From assembly GCA_965209155.1 (NCBI GenBank), contig OZ242383.1, forward strand, positions 2,816,001 through 2,880,000: a stretch of DNA of 64,000 nt, in the 5' to 3' direction. This DNA is from a bacterium (GTDB lineage: Bacteria; SAR324; NAC60-12). A program made the translations under genes and the position numbers. Below the pieces are notes generated by a model. That model did no database searches, was not told the DNA's origin, and saw nothing but the letters and a program-made list of their open reading frames with translations. How positions within the stretch are numbered: the stretch's first letter is position 1; the number at the start of each line of letters is the position of its first letter. Positions 52,946 to 62,533 of this stretch are shown here, piece after piece.

Positions 52946-53668
52946 ATGACCTATGAGACCGAGCACGAAGCACGATGTGATTTGGCTGCAGCCCATCGTA
53001 TGGCGGTGATGGATGGGCTGAATGAAGGCACCTGGAACCACTTCAGCTTGATGTCACCGCTCGAGCCCGAGCGGATGCTCATTTCGCCGGGTGACACCCA
53101 TTGGTCGATGGTCAAGGCCAGCAATCTCACCTTGATGGGGCCGCAAGCCGAGGTCATCTCCGGCCCGGAGCCAAACGACGCGGCCTGGATCATCCACTAC
53201 CCCGTGCATCGGGCTCGTCCGGATGCGAAATGCGTGATGCATTCGCACTCCCCGTATGCCACTGCGTTAGGAATGCGCAAGGCCAACAAACTGGATACGC
53301 AGTCGAACCAGGCGGCGGCGCTATTTCACGGTGATATTGCCTACTTCGATGTGTACGACGGCATTTTGCGTGAAGCTGATGAAGGCGAGCGAATGGTTGA
53401 GGCGCTGGACGACAAGCGAGTGCTGATGCTGCGCAACCACGGGGTGCTGACCGTTGCGCCCACCGTAGCCCAAGCCTACATGGACCTTTACTTGATCGAG
53501 CGTGCATGCATGTTTCAGCTCCTTGCGACCAAGGACGGTGGAGAGTTGAACCAGATCCCGACCGAGGTGGCCGAGAAGATTGGCGCGGCAGGCCGACAGG
53601 GCCGCGACGGCCATTTCCAGGGCATGAAGCAAGTCATCGAAGCACGTGAGCCCGACTACAAGCGATAG
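52946..53668 (+). CDS. Class II aldolase/adducin family protein
   Basis: NHFS, HSHSPY, LRNHGV; GAGGAG RBS. Confidence 0.92.
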   Translation: MTYETEHEARCDLAAAHRMAVMDGLNEGTWNHFSLMSPLEPERMLISPGDTHWSMVKASNLTLMGPQAEVISGPEPNDAAWIIHYPVHRARPDAKCVMHSHSPYATALGMRKANKLDTQSNQAAALFHGDIAYFDVYDGILREADEGERMVEALDDKRVLMLRNHGVLTVAPTVAQAYMDLYLIERACMFQLLATKDGGELNQIPTEVAEKIGAAGRQGRDGHFQGMKQVIEAREPDYKR

Positions 53669-53752
53669 AGGGGTGAGAAAGGAAATCAACCGTGAACGAA
53701 GAGAGAATGCGTCATAATGGTTGCACGGATTTTTGACACAGATCATCTCAGC

Positions 53753-54064
53753 CTACTGGAGACCGGAAACAGCATAAACCTGAACCTCTTGTTCCAAGCG
53801 GTCAACAAGGTCATCTTCAGCTATATCTAATTCATAATCCATTTGTAAGCCCAACCAAAATTGGGGAGACATACTGAAGTATCGGGCCAGTCGTAATGCG
53901 GTATCAGCAGTAATTCGACGTTTTTTCAATACGATTTCATTAATGCGTCGAGCAGGCACTGCAAGCTCTAAGGCCAGACGGTTTTGACTCAAGCCCATCG
54001 GTTTCAAGAATTCTTCCAATAGCACTTCTCCTGGATGGATGGGAGTTAATTTTCCACGGGACAT
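53753..54064 (-). CDS. higA: HigA-family antitoxin
   Basis: PIHPGEVLLEEFL, ITADTALRL, FWLGLQ. Confidence 0.95.
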   Translation of the reverse strand: MSRGKLTPIHPGEVLLEEFLKPMGLSQNRLALELAVPARRINEIVLKKRRITADTALRLARYFSMSPQFWLGLQMDYELDIAEDDLVDRLEQEVQVYAVSGLQ

Positions 54065-54071
54065 GTGACCT

Positions 54072-54353
54072 CTAATGATAATCTACAATTTCTACATTCA
54101 TAGCGTCTCCATTGTTCCATTCAAAACAGATACGCCATTGATCATTAATTCTTATACTGTGTTGCCCTGCTCGATCCTTGGTAAGCTTTTCCAACTGGTT
54201 GCCAGGCGGAACACGTTGATCATTTAGCGTTGTTGCACGATTGAGCATTCTCAACTTGCGTAGAGCAACCTGCTGAATAGCTTGGGGCAATTTACGAGAT
54301 ATTTGACGATGAAAAATCTTTTCTGTTTCTTTGGACTTGAAATTTTGAACCAT
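54072..54353 (-). CDS. higB: HigB-family (RelE-like) toxin
   Basis: PPGNQLEKL, SIRINDQWRICF, VDYH. Confidence 0.95.
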   Translation of the reverse strand: MVQNFKSKETEKIFHRQISRKLPQAIQQVALRKLRMLNRATTLNDQRVPPGNQLEKLTKDRAGQHSIRINDQWRICFEWNNGDAMNVEIVDYH

Positions 54354-54363
54354 GTTCCATAAT

Positions 54364-54382
54364 TATAACGAATAACGTTATA
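54364..54382. promoter_or_regulatory. Putative HigA operator
   Basis: TATAACG-N5-CGTTATA palindrome just upstream of higB. Confidence 0.55.
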
Positions 54383-54388
54383 CGTCAA

Positions 54389-54664
54389 ATGTTATTTCAT
54401 AGATTGAACCTGAATGAGGTACCCTGTCGAACAAGCGCATCGAGCGGACTCGAAAAAACCTCTCTTGATTCTTGCGTGATTGAAGCCCAACGGGAACGGA
54501 TCGTTGTCTTGCGGGAAGGTAAGCCCGTCGCATTGGTGATTGGTATAGACGAGGAACAATTGGAGTTGGGCCGTGATCATTCATTTTGGAAACTCATTGA
54601 GCAGAGGCGAACTCAGGAAACCTTCAATCGAGAAGAATTGGAAAAATCCCTCAATACAGATTAA
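54389..54664 (+). CDS. Phd/YefM-like antitoxin, possibly degenerate
   Basis: ERIVVLREGKPVALVI motif; N-terminus atypical. Confidence 0.6.
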   Translation: MLFHRLNLNEVPCRTSASSGLEKTSLDSCVIEAQRERIVVLREGKPVALVIGIDEEQLELGRDHSFWKLIEQRRTQETFNREELEKSLNTD

Positions 54665-54806
54665 GACCTTCGGGATGGGGGCATTTTTCGTTTACGTTAT
54701 TGAAGCTTTCTGCAATAATGCATCGTCGCTCTCCATCTGTTGACGGTCGGCAGGGGGCTTAAGAGTTAAGACAAAATGACCAATCTATCAAAAGGGAGAT
54801 ATTCGT

Positions 54807-55373
54807 ATGAACTTATCTGATGAGCAAGTGATTTTCGAGGACCACTTTGACGGTAAGCTGGAGGAAGGATGGTCCTGGTTACGCGAAAATTCGGAGCGAT
54901 GGCGCATCCAAAACCGTGGGTTGGAGATTTGCGTGGAACCCGGCGCGGAAAATACCGTTAAGAACGCCTTGCTGAGGGCTGCGCCGGATCGGGCGCAGGG
55001 CAGGTTCGCCATTGAGGTCACGGTGACGAACCATTCGCTGCCGAGGCAACAGTACGAGCAGGCTGGCATTACCTGGTATACTGATGGCAAACCGGTCTTT
55101 AAGGAAGTCAAGGAACTGATCGACGGCGAGCTCTACATCATCCCCGGAAAGCCGCCGATGCCGACGAAAAGCGTCCGACTTCGCTTGGTGGTCAGCGCTC
55201 ATTCATGGGAGGCCCAATATCGTCCGGAAGGCGCCACTGAATTCCAAACCGCAGCGACAGGCGAATTGCCTCCGCCGAACAACGATCAGGTGAGTATTCA
55301 GTGCTATCATGGCCCGCCGGATGAGGAACATTGGATTCGTTTCGAGCATTTCAGCTTCAAGCAATTATCATAA
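54807..55373 (+). CDS. Concanavalin-A-like beta-sandwich protein (DUF1349-like)
   Basis: WSWLRE, YEQAGI, VRLRL; GGAG RBS. Confidence 0.75.
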   Translation: MNLSDEQVIFEDHFDGKLEEGWSWLRENSERWRIQNRGLEICVEPGAENTVKNALLRAAPDRAQGRFAIEVTVTNHSLPRQQYEQAGITWYTDGKPVFKEVKELIDGELYIIPGKPPMPTKSVRLRLVVSAHSWEAQYRPEGATEFQTAATGELPPPNNDQVSIQCYHGPPDEEHWIRFEHFSFKQLS

Positions 55374-55454
55374 GGGCCCCAGAGGAAAATCGATAATGAC
55401 GCAAGAGGAAAACCTTATCAAGTAAAATTGAGGAATACGCCAGCGCCGAGGAGG

Positions 55455-56450
55455 TCATGGCGATGTGAGCGCTTCCAGGGTCTGATGAATGTCGAGCGGT
55501 AGCGGACCTGCCTGCGCGGCCACGACGCTCTCCTCGAGTTCCTCGGGTGTGGAAGCACCCACCAGGATGGTCGACAGTTCTTTATTTGCGATCAAAAAGC
55601 GAACCGTCAATGCTGCGATCGAAATACCAGTCGTCCGGGCCAACTCGAGGAGGCGCGCATCCGAGAATATCCCACCAACCCGAGCCAGAGGACCTTTGGG
55701 GGCGAGTTGAAACGGCGAGGCTTCATTGGACACGCCCAGACCAAAGTTGGAGAAAATCCCTCCCACGACATAAGCAATCCCCTGCTCACGGATGACCGGC
55801 AGCATCACCTGCGGGGAACGGCGGGCCAGCAGCGAATACTCGTGGGCCGACAGGCACATGTCGACTTTTACCCGGTTCAGGACGTGAGCCAAGGGTGCGG
55901 ACTGGTTTGAACTGAGGCCAATGTAACGGCACAGCTTCTGCGCCTTTGCTTCACGAAGCGCCTGAATGAGGGCTGCGTTCCGGTAGTCGAACTCCTCATC
56001 CAGGTCGAGAAGCCGGCGATCCTCCCGCGCGTCGGGTATCCAGGCTTTTGCCCTCTCTATGTCGTGCCCCAGGAGTACGTCGACCCGATCGCGACGCAGA
56101 GCACGTAGGTTGTCTCGTATTTGGGCGCGACAGTCTTCTACCGTCGTATAGTCTTTTAGCTTTGTCGCAAGGAGATGGGGTTTCGTGGTCCCATCAAGCC
56201 CCTCACCCATGATTAACTGCGATTTACCCCTGTCTGTCCAACGGCCATCCTCACCCGCTCTACCGTAAGTGGGAGAGGTATCGAAATAGCTGACACCCAG
56301 ATCCAGCGCATGTTTGACGGTTTCTACCCCTTGTTCATAGGAGTGCTTATACAAAGCGGCGCCACCCAGTCCGATGAGGCTGACCGTCTCCCCTGTACGC
56401 CCGAAGGAGCGTTGTTCCAGTGTCCCTGTCATAATAGGCAATCGCTTCAT
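55455..56450 (-). CDS. Aldo/keto reductase
   Basis: FGRTG.VS.IGLG, FDTSPTYG, ATK, IGLS. Confidence 0.9.
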   Translation of the reverse strand: MKRLPIMTGTLEQRSFGRTGETVSLIGLGGAALYKHSYEQGVETVKHALDLGVSYFDTSPTYGRAGEDGRWTDRGKSQLIMGEGLDGTTKPHLLATKLKDYTTVEDCRAQIRDNLRALRRDRVDVLLGHDIERAKAWIPDAREDRRLLDLDEEFDYRNAALIQALREAKAQKLCRYIGLSSNQSAPLAHVLNRVKVDMCLSAHEYSLLARRSPQVMLPVIREQGIAYVVGGIFSNFGLGVSNEASPFQLAPKGPLARVGGIFSDARLLELARTTGISIAALTVRFLIANKELSTILVGASTPEELEESVVAAQAGPLPLDIHQTLEALTSP

Positions 56451-56506
56451 CTATTTCATCGTCGTCAACTTCGAGCGCGAGGAGACGAACGGGTGCGTGG
56501 ACTCGG

Positions 56507-58291
56507 CTAGAAGCCCATTTCTTTCTTCAGTTCCTGGTCAACCCAGAGGTGGGCCATGAGGGGATTCCGATTCACGAATCCAAACCAGGCTTCCCCGTTA
56601 TACCCTTTGAGCCACGGCTGGCTCACGTGAAATTGTGGGGCATCGGGACCCCAGATGAACCAATGCTTCTTGATGGCGTACATATCTGCCTCCCGAAAAA
56701 TTTTCTGGTAAGTCTCGAGGTCATTCGTCGCGCGAAGGGCATCAATCATCTTGTCAAACTCCGGGTCTTTGGCGACGATGACGTTCCATACTTTCGCACC
56801 TCCCCAGAAGCGGGTCACGAGATGCTCACCGAAATAGTGATGGCCCCCTTCTCCATTACGTATCGCTTCAAATTTCATTTTACTGGCGAGAGCGATCGCC
56901 TCCGTAAAAGGTGGAGTCCAAATCTGCACCTCAACGCCAATCCGACGCCAGTATTCCGTCACTAATTCCGGATAGGAGATATCTTGAACTTCATAGTGCA
57001 GCAATTGGCTCTTGAATCGAATGCCATCTGCGCCCCGCGGATAGCCCGCCTCATCCAGGAGCCTTTCGGCCTCTTCCGGGTCATAGGCAAACTCTTCCTG
57101 CAAGGCTTTGGGCCACTGCTCATAGGGAATGTAATACCCTTTGAGCGAGTCGCCTACCATCCCGTGGGGGGTCACGTTGGCTTGCCCCTTAAAGTAGCCC
57201 TGGTTAATTTCCTCGAGGGGTAAGGCTTTCTGCAGGGCGATGCGCACCCGGATGTCGGAAAAGTGCGGGTTAGTCAGGTTCATATTATAAACGGTCTCCG
57301 ATCGAGTGAAAAACGGCCATTGCACGAGATCGGGGTTGGTCCTCTTGAGGCTCTCCACCTGGTCGATCCGTTTTAATTGAGAACTGCCGATACTCCCGAT
57401 TAAATCAAGCCTACCCGAGCGCAGTGCCGCCAGACGGGTTGCTTCTTCTTTCAATTCCAGCACCCGCAATGTGTCAATATAGGGCAGGCGGTTCTCCGGG
57501 AACTTGGCATCGTAGCCCCAGTAGTTCGGATTTTTCGTATAGGTGAGCGAGCTGCCTTCGACATGGTCGGTCAGCATAAAGGGCCCGGTGCCGACCAGGT
57601 TCCTCCAATCCTTCGCGTCGCCGTGTTGCTGGATGACCTCGGGGGGATAGATAAAAACGAACCAATCAAGGATGAGGTTCAGCGCCGTAAAGTAGGGCCG
57701 CTTCAGCTTCATCACCACTTTTCTCGGGGATTCGGCCGTGATCGATTCGAAGGGAATCCCAGTGAGATCGTGAGCATGAGGGCTGGCTTCCGTGAAGCCG
57801 CTGCCCAGACCCAGCATACGGTGAAAGTTATAGACGATATCCTGGGCCGTCAAGGCTCGACCGTTCATAGGCGCCTTATCGTGCCAGCGAACCCCTTGGC
57901 GGATGTAGAAGATATAGGTTAAGTCGTCGGGCACCTGCCAGCTTTCCGCCAAGGCTCCTACTAAATGTTCGGGCTGGATGTAGACACTCCTCATGTCCCA
58001 GACGTCCCTATCTATCGCCCAATTCGGCACGCTGATCTTCTCGAGCACACCAGTGATTATGGTCGATCCTATATGGGTACCATACCAGATATCAGCATGC
58101 TCCCCAATACCCGTGGCATTGGGATAGGTGATGGTCCCTCCATAGCGAGGTGCTTCCACCATCTCGCCAGTGGCGGGATCTTTGACCATCTCTTGCGCGG
58201 TCACGGTGGCCAGGCTGACCCAAAAGGCGGTCACCATCAGGGTGAGAATTAACAACAATGATTGGATTTTTCTTGTTTCACTATTTTCCAT
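56507..58291 (-). CDS. Family 5 ABC substrate-binding protein
   Basis: Signal peptide, PRYGGT, LAESW, GTGPF; AGGAGG RBS. Confidence 0.95.
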   Translation of the reverse strand: MENSETRKIQSLLLILTLMVTAFWVSLATVTAQEMVKDPATGEMVEAPRYGGTITYPNATGIGEHADIWYGTHIGSTIITGVLEKISVPNWAIDRDVWDMRSVYIQPEHLVGALAESWQVPDDLTYIFYIRQGVRWHDKAPMNGRALTAQDIVYNFHRMLGLGSGFTEASPHAHDLTGIPFESITAESPRKVVMKLKRPYFTALNLILDWFVFIYPPEVIQQHGDAKDWRNLVGTGPFMLTDHVEGSSLTYTKNPNYWGYDAKFPENRLPYIDTLRVLELKEEATRLAALRSGRLDLIGSIGSSQLKRIDQVESLKRTNPDLVQWPFFTRSETVYNMNLTNPHFSDIRVRIALQKALPLEEINQGYFKGQANVTPHGMVGDSLKGYYIPYEQWPKALQEEFAYDPEEAERLLDEAGYPRGADGIRFKSQLLHYEVQDISYPELVTEYWRRIGVEVQIWTPPFTEAIALASKMKFEAIRNGEGGHHYFGEHLVTRFWGGAKVWNVIVAKDPEFDKMIDALRATNDLETYQKIFREADMYAIKKHWFIWGPDAPQFHVSQPWLKGYNGEAWFGFVNRNPLMAHLWVDQELKKEMGF

Positions 58292-58318
58292 GCTTCCTCC
58301 TACGATTGAAATTAAATT

Positions 58319-58590
58319 GTAACTATTCAGGTCTCTGAAAAACCCGTTCAGTTAAATATCATTAGATAAAGATTCCCGGAGAGGAACGATCGTTTTCAAG
58401 TCCTCCCACGATATAGTTCCATCGATCGGGAACCCTCTCTTTCACTAAAACAACTTAGTGAAGGTATGATTCTAGCAAAAAATATATATATATTTTTTTG
58501 AACAATGTCAACCCCCCAATGAAAATAAATGCGGGATTCGTAAAAAAAAATTAAAAATCTATCAATCAGGGAGACCCGCTTCTTTGTTCA
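58319..58590 (-). repeat. Promoter/leader module, copy 3
   Basis: TTGACA-31-TAGAAT with an (AT)6 tract. Confidence 0.85.
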
Positions 58591-58719
58591 CTTCTTTGAG
58601 ATAAAAGAAAAAGTGTTGTACATTTTGTGTATAGGGATTATTAGTAACTCGATTGTTTTTAAATTCGGACCCGAGAAGGAATCCGTAGTTATGATGTATC
58701 GATTGAAGAGGGAGTAACC

Positions 58720-59007
58720 ATGTCAGCCTATGTAATCGTTCACATTGAAGTGCAGGACGAAAGTACTTTCGGAGAATTTCGTGAACGCGTGAGTGCGACA
58801 GTCGAGTCCCATGGCGGCCGGTACCTGGCGCGCGGGGGGAACGTTGAAGTGGTAGAGGGCAGTTGGACCGCAGACCGTATCGTCGTCATTGAGTTTGATG
58901 ATGTCGACAAGGCAGCGACGTGGCTCAACTCGCCTGAGTATACCGATCTCAAGAAAATTCGCCAACAAGCAGCGAACGCGACAATCCTGGTCGTTGAAGG
59001 CGTGTGA
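58720..59007 (+). CDS. DUF1330-family protein
   Basis: HGGRYLARGG, VVIEF, NSPEY, VVEG. Confidence 0.92.
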   Translation: MSAYVIVHIEVQDESTFGEFRERVSATVESHGGRYLARGGNVEVVEGSWTADRIVVIEFDDVDKAATWLNSPEYTDLKKIRQQAANATILVVEGV

Positions 59008-59120
59008 CTGTAGCCACGAACAATCGTTTCGCGCCGGGATTCCAATAGTTGTCACAAGGCGACTTGGTTCCGAAGACTTCCTGATATGTCAGAGGGGTAC
59101 TGGACTACGGAGTCGATTAG

Positions 59121-60848
59121 ATGCGAGACACCGAAAACATACGTTACGAGCCGGATGAGAAGTCTCCGCTGGTTGTGACGCTGAATGTAGCCTGCCAGGG
59201 AAGCGTGCTCGCCCTGTCTAACACCGTCACGATCACGACTATATTCGCCGTGGCATCCGAAGGCAGAGCGAGTTACCTTGCGTGGGCGGTCTTCGTATCC
59301 CTTGTGATCGGCGGAATCGCAACAGCGCACATGGCACTCCGCCTCGGTCGTATGGGGCCCGGGTACATGCTTTTGATAGGTCCCGGCTCCCCGTTCATTC
59401 CCGTCTGCGTCCTGGCCGTGGCGGAGGGGGGATTGCCCCTGATGTCGAGCCTGATAGTTGCTGCTTCGCTGGTCCATTTCGTACTGGCGTTCTGGCTGGC
59501 GCAGTTACGCCGTGTTATCACGCCCGTCGTTTCCGGAGTGGCTTTCATGGTGATCGCCTCCGCTGCCATGCCCATCGCCGTCGCCAGGTTGGATGATGTG
59601 CCAGCAGGCGTCTCTCCGATTGCGGGGATGGCAGTAGGAGTGGCAACACTGGCCACCGTGACGACATTGATGCTTCGCGGTTCGGGTGTTTGGCGGCTGA
59701 TGGCATTTCCCATAACTATACTGGTGGGGTGCATTGTCGCCGTACCGCTAGGCGTATACGACTTTCAGCGAGCTCTCGACGCCCCGTGGTTTGGTCTTCC
59801 CGAATTCTCCGCGTGGCCCGGCTTAAGCCTGGTAATTGACCAGGACTTCCTGGCGTTTCTTGCGGTATTTTTCGTCGTAAGCGCCGTAGTTGCCATCAGG
59901 ACTGGTAATGATGGGGTGGTGATTCAGCGAATCTCCCGGCGCAAAGCGCGCGCCGTAGACTTCCGCGACGTGCAGGGCACCCTGAACGTGAACGGACTGG
60001 CCACGCTGCTATCCGGCATTGCGGGAACCATCCCCACAATCATATACCTGCCCTCGTCTGTCGCGCTCATCAGCTTCACCGGAGTCGCCGCGCGCCGTGC
60101 AGCGTATGCGATGGGAGTAATTTTGGTCACGCTGGCGCTGCTGCCCAAGGTTGTCGCCGTCCTCCTCACGATACCGAAACCGGTGACCGGGGCTATCCTG
60201 ATGATTGTGATGGCATTGCTTTTCATGGAAGGCATACGAACCGTCTTACAAGACGGTCTGAACCAGCAGAAGATCCTCATAGTTGGCCTGTCGCTCACGA
60301 TCGGGATCGGCTTACAGACCCAGAACATCCTTGCATCCTCCCTCGGCAGCCCATGGGGAGTCGCGTTTGGTAACAGTGTCGTCATGAGTATTCTGGCTGC
60401 GGTTCTCATATCGGTCATTCTCGAAGTAACGGGTTCCCGCCGCAGGCGTCTGGAGGTTGAACTGGACATTTCAGCCCTGCCCGGCATCAACGAGTTCCTG
60501 CGTGAACTCGTTTCCGGGATGGGTTGGAACCAGGATTCGACAGACAGGTTGTGCTCTGCCGGCGAGGAGACGCTGTCCAGCATGTTGCAGCTGCGTGAGG
60601 ACCACGAGGGAGGCAGTCCGCCGCGCCTGGTCATAGTCGCGCGTCCGGCGCCTGGTACGGTGGAAATGGAGTTTCTGGCGGTGTTCACGGAGGAGAACAT
60701 CGAAGACCGAATCACGTACATGACCGACCAGGCCGAGATGCCGGAAGTAAGCGAAATCTCGTTCCGTCTGCTGAGGCACTACGCGTCTTCAGTGCGCCAC
60801 AGGAAATACCACGGGATTGACGTCGTTGAGGTGCGGGTCGATGCGTAA
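59121..60848 (+). CDS. NCS2 (xanthine/uracil) permease with a C-terminal degenerate HATPase-like domain
   Basis: ITPVVSG, PWFGLP, TGVAARR, IPKPVTGA; ~135-aa soluble tail. Confidence 0.85.
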   Translation: MRDTENIRYEPDEKSPLVVTLNVACQGSVLALSNTVTITTIFAVASEGRASYLAWAVFVSLVIGGIATAHMALRLGRMGPGYMLLIGPGSPFIPVCVLAVAEGGLPLMSSLIVAASLVHFVLAFWLAQLRRVITPVVSGVAFMVIASAAMPIAVARLDDVPAGVSPIAGMAVGVATLATVTTLMLRGSGVWRLMAFPITILVGCIVAVPLGVYDFQRALDAPWFGLPEFSAWPGLSLVIDQDFLAFLAVFFVVSAVVAIRTGNDGVVIQRISRRKARAVDFRDVQGTLNVNGLATLLSGIAGTIPTIIYLPSSVALISFTGVAARRAAYAMGVILVTLALLPKVVAVLLTIPKPVTGAILMIVMALLFMEGIRTVLQDGLNQQKILIVGLSLTIGIGLQTQNILASSLGSPWGVAFGNSVVMSILAAVLISVILEVTGSRRRRLEVELDISALPGINEFLRELVSGMGWNQDSTDRLCSAGEETLSSMLQLREDHEGGSPPRLVIVARPAPGTVEMEFLAVFTEENIEDRITYMTDQAEMPEVSEISFRLLRHYASSVRHRKYHGIDVVEVRVDA

Positions 60849-61062
60849 TCGCATTGCTGACTTCCCTGTCCGGGAATTCGGCCGCATCGATAAAACCGGA
60901 GATCGCAGCACCGGTCAACGAAAGACGGCATCCCTCGATTCGATTCACTTTCGCTTTCATTTCAGTGGTTATCCTGATCTGATACCGTTCTGTTTCAGTT
61001 ATCCGTTCTTGGGGGGCCATAAAACTCCTTGACTTTTTTTGATATCGTAATAGAATAAAATA

Positions 61063-61190
61063 ACGTACCTGACAAACTGCCAGGCCAAGTCGCAGGAGGT
61101 AAGCGAAGTCTCGCTCCCCCTGACGAGGCACTACGCGACTTCAGTACGCTACAGGGAATGTCAGAGGATTGAAGTGGTAAATCCTGGCGC
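61063..61190 (+). pseudogene. Decayed copy of the permease 3' end
   Basis: Aligns with ~60715-60840 (GTAAGCGAARTCTCG...GAGGCACTACGCG.CTTCAGT). Confidence 0.75.
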
Positions 61191-61204
61191 TGCGCCACAG
61201 ACTC

Positions 61205-62533
61205 ATGAGCATGACTGCAGAAGAAAACAAAATCTTCCTTCCAGAGACGCGGATTCCGAAGGATTGGTACAATCTGGTGGCAGACCTTCCTTTCGACGTG
61301 CCCCGGCCAATGCACCCTACGGAGAATCGATGCGTCGAGATCGACGACTATGACTGGTTATGGCCGCTCGAGTGTCTTCGAATCGAGTTACAGCAAGGCA
61401 AGTACGGCGCCGATACGTGGATTGAGATCCCAAAGTTCGTCTCAGACGTTTATCGTCGCTACCGGCCCTCTCCCTTGGTGAGAGCTCGCTCACTCGAGAA
61501 GTACCTGGGGACCCCTGCTGAGATTTACTATAAGCGGGAAGACCTGAATCCGGCAGGCAGCCACAAGTTCAATACGGCATTGGTACAAGCGTACTATGCC
61601 GCCTCCGAAGGAAACTCACGCATCCATAGCATGGTCACGGACACGGGTGCGGGCCAATGGGGTGCGGCTTTAGCCATGGCGTGCGAAACTCTCGGACTGA
61701 ATTGCTGCGTGTTCATGATCCGAAAGAGTTTTGACGAGAAACCGTATCGTCGCATCCTGATGCGCATGGCAGGCGCGGAGGTCTATCCCTCACCCAGTGA
61801 ATTGACGGATACGGGTAGCAGCATTCTGAAAGATGATCCGGAAAATTCCGGCAGTCTCGGAATTGGCATGAGTGAAGCCATCGAGTACGTCAAGGCGGAT
61901 AGCGGCAGGCGATTAGCGCTGGGGTGTATGTCTTACTATGCCGTACTGCACCAGTCCATCATCGGTTTGGAAACGAAGCTGCAGCTCGAGCAAGTTGATC
62001 GATCACCGGACCTGATGATCGGGTGCGTCGGCGGAGGCAGTAATTTCACGGGATTCATCGCACCCTTCGTTCGTGAAAAGCTTAACGGGAGTTCAATCGA
62101 GTTTCGCGCCATCGAACCGGATTCGATTCCGACACTGAGTCAAGGTGAGTACCGGTATGACTGGGCCGACTTTTCAGAGTTAACTCCCCGTATCCTCATG
62201 TATACGCTCGGTCACCGATTCGTTCCGCCTCCAGTACACTCCGGCGGGTTGCGCTATCACGGAAAGACACCCGTACTATCCGCACTGGTCAAGAACAAGG
62301 TGGTCCGGACGCAGACGTACAGCCAGAAGGAAGTCTTCGACGCAGGACGCTTATTTCTGAGGACTGAAGGCGTACTTGCCGCACCCGAGAGCTCTCATGC
62401 GATTCTGGGTGCGATCGATGCCGCGAAACACGCCGATCAAACTAAACAGAAGAAGATAATCGTGTTTTGTTTATCGGGTCATGGGTACCTGGACTTGAAG
62501 GGCTTTTCGGATGTCCTTGACCTCGACTCATAG
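61205..62533 (+). CDS. TrpB2-like PLP enzyme
   Basis: IPKDWYN, RPSPLVRA, GSHK, TGAGQWG, CVGGGSN, GGLRYHG, APESSHA, LSGHG. Confidence 0.93.
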   Translation: MSMTAEENKIFLPETRIPKDWYNLVADLPFDVPRPMHPTENRCVEIDDYDWLWPLECLRIELQQGKYGADTWIEIPKFVSDVYRRYRPSPLVRARSLEKYLGTPAEIYYKREDLNPAGSHKFNTALVQAYYAASEGNSRIHSMVTDTGAGQWGAALAMACETLGLNCCVFMIRKSFDEKPYRRILMRMAGAEVYPSPSELTDTGSSILKDDPENSGSLGIGMSEAIEYVKADSGRRLALGCMSYYAVLHQSIIGLETKLQLEQVDRSPDLMIGCVGGGSNFTGFIAPFVREKLNGSSIEFRAIEPDSIPTLSQGEYRYDWADFSELTPRILMYTLGHRFVPPPVHSGGLRYHGKTPVLSALVKNKVVRTQTYSQKEVFDAGRLFLRTEGVLAAPESSHAILGAIDAAKHADQTKQKKIIVFCLSGHGYLDLKGFSDVLDLDS

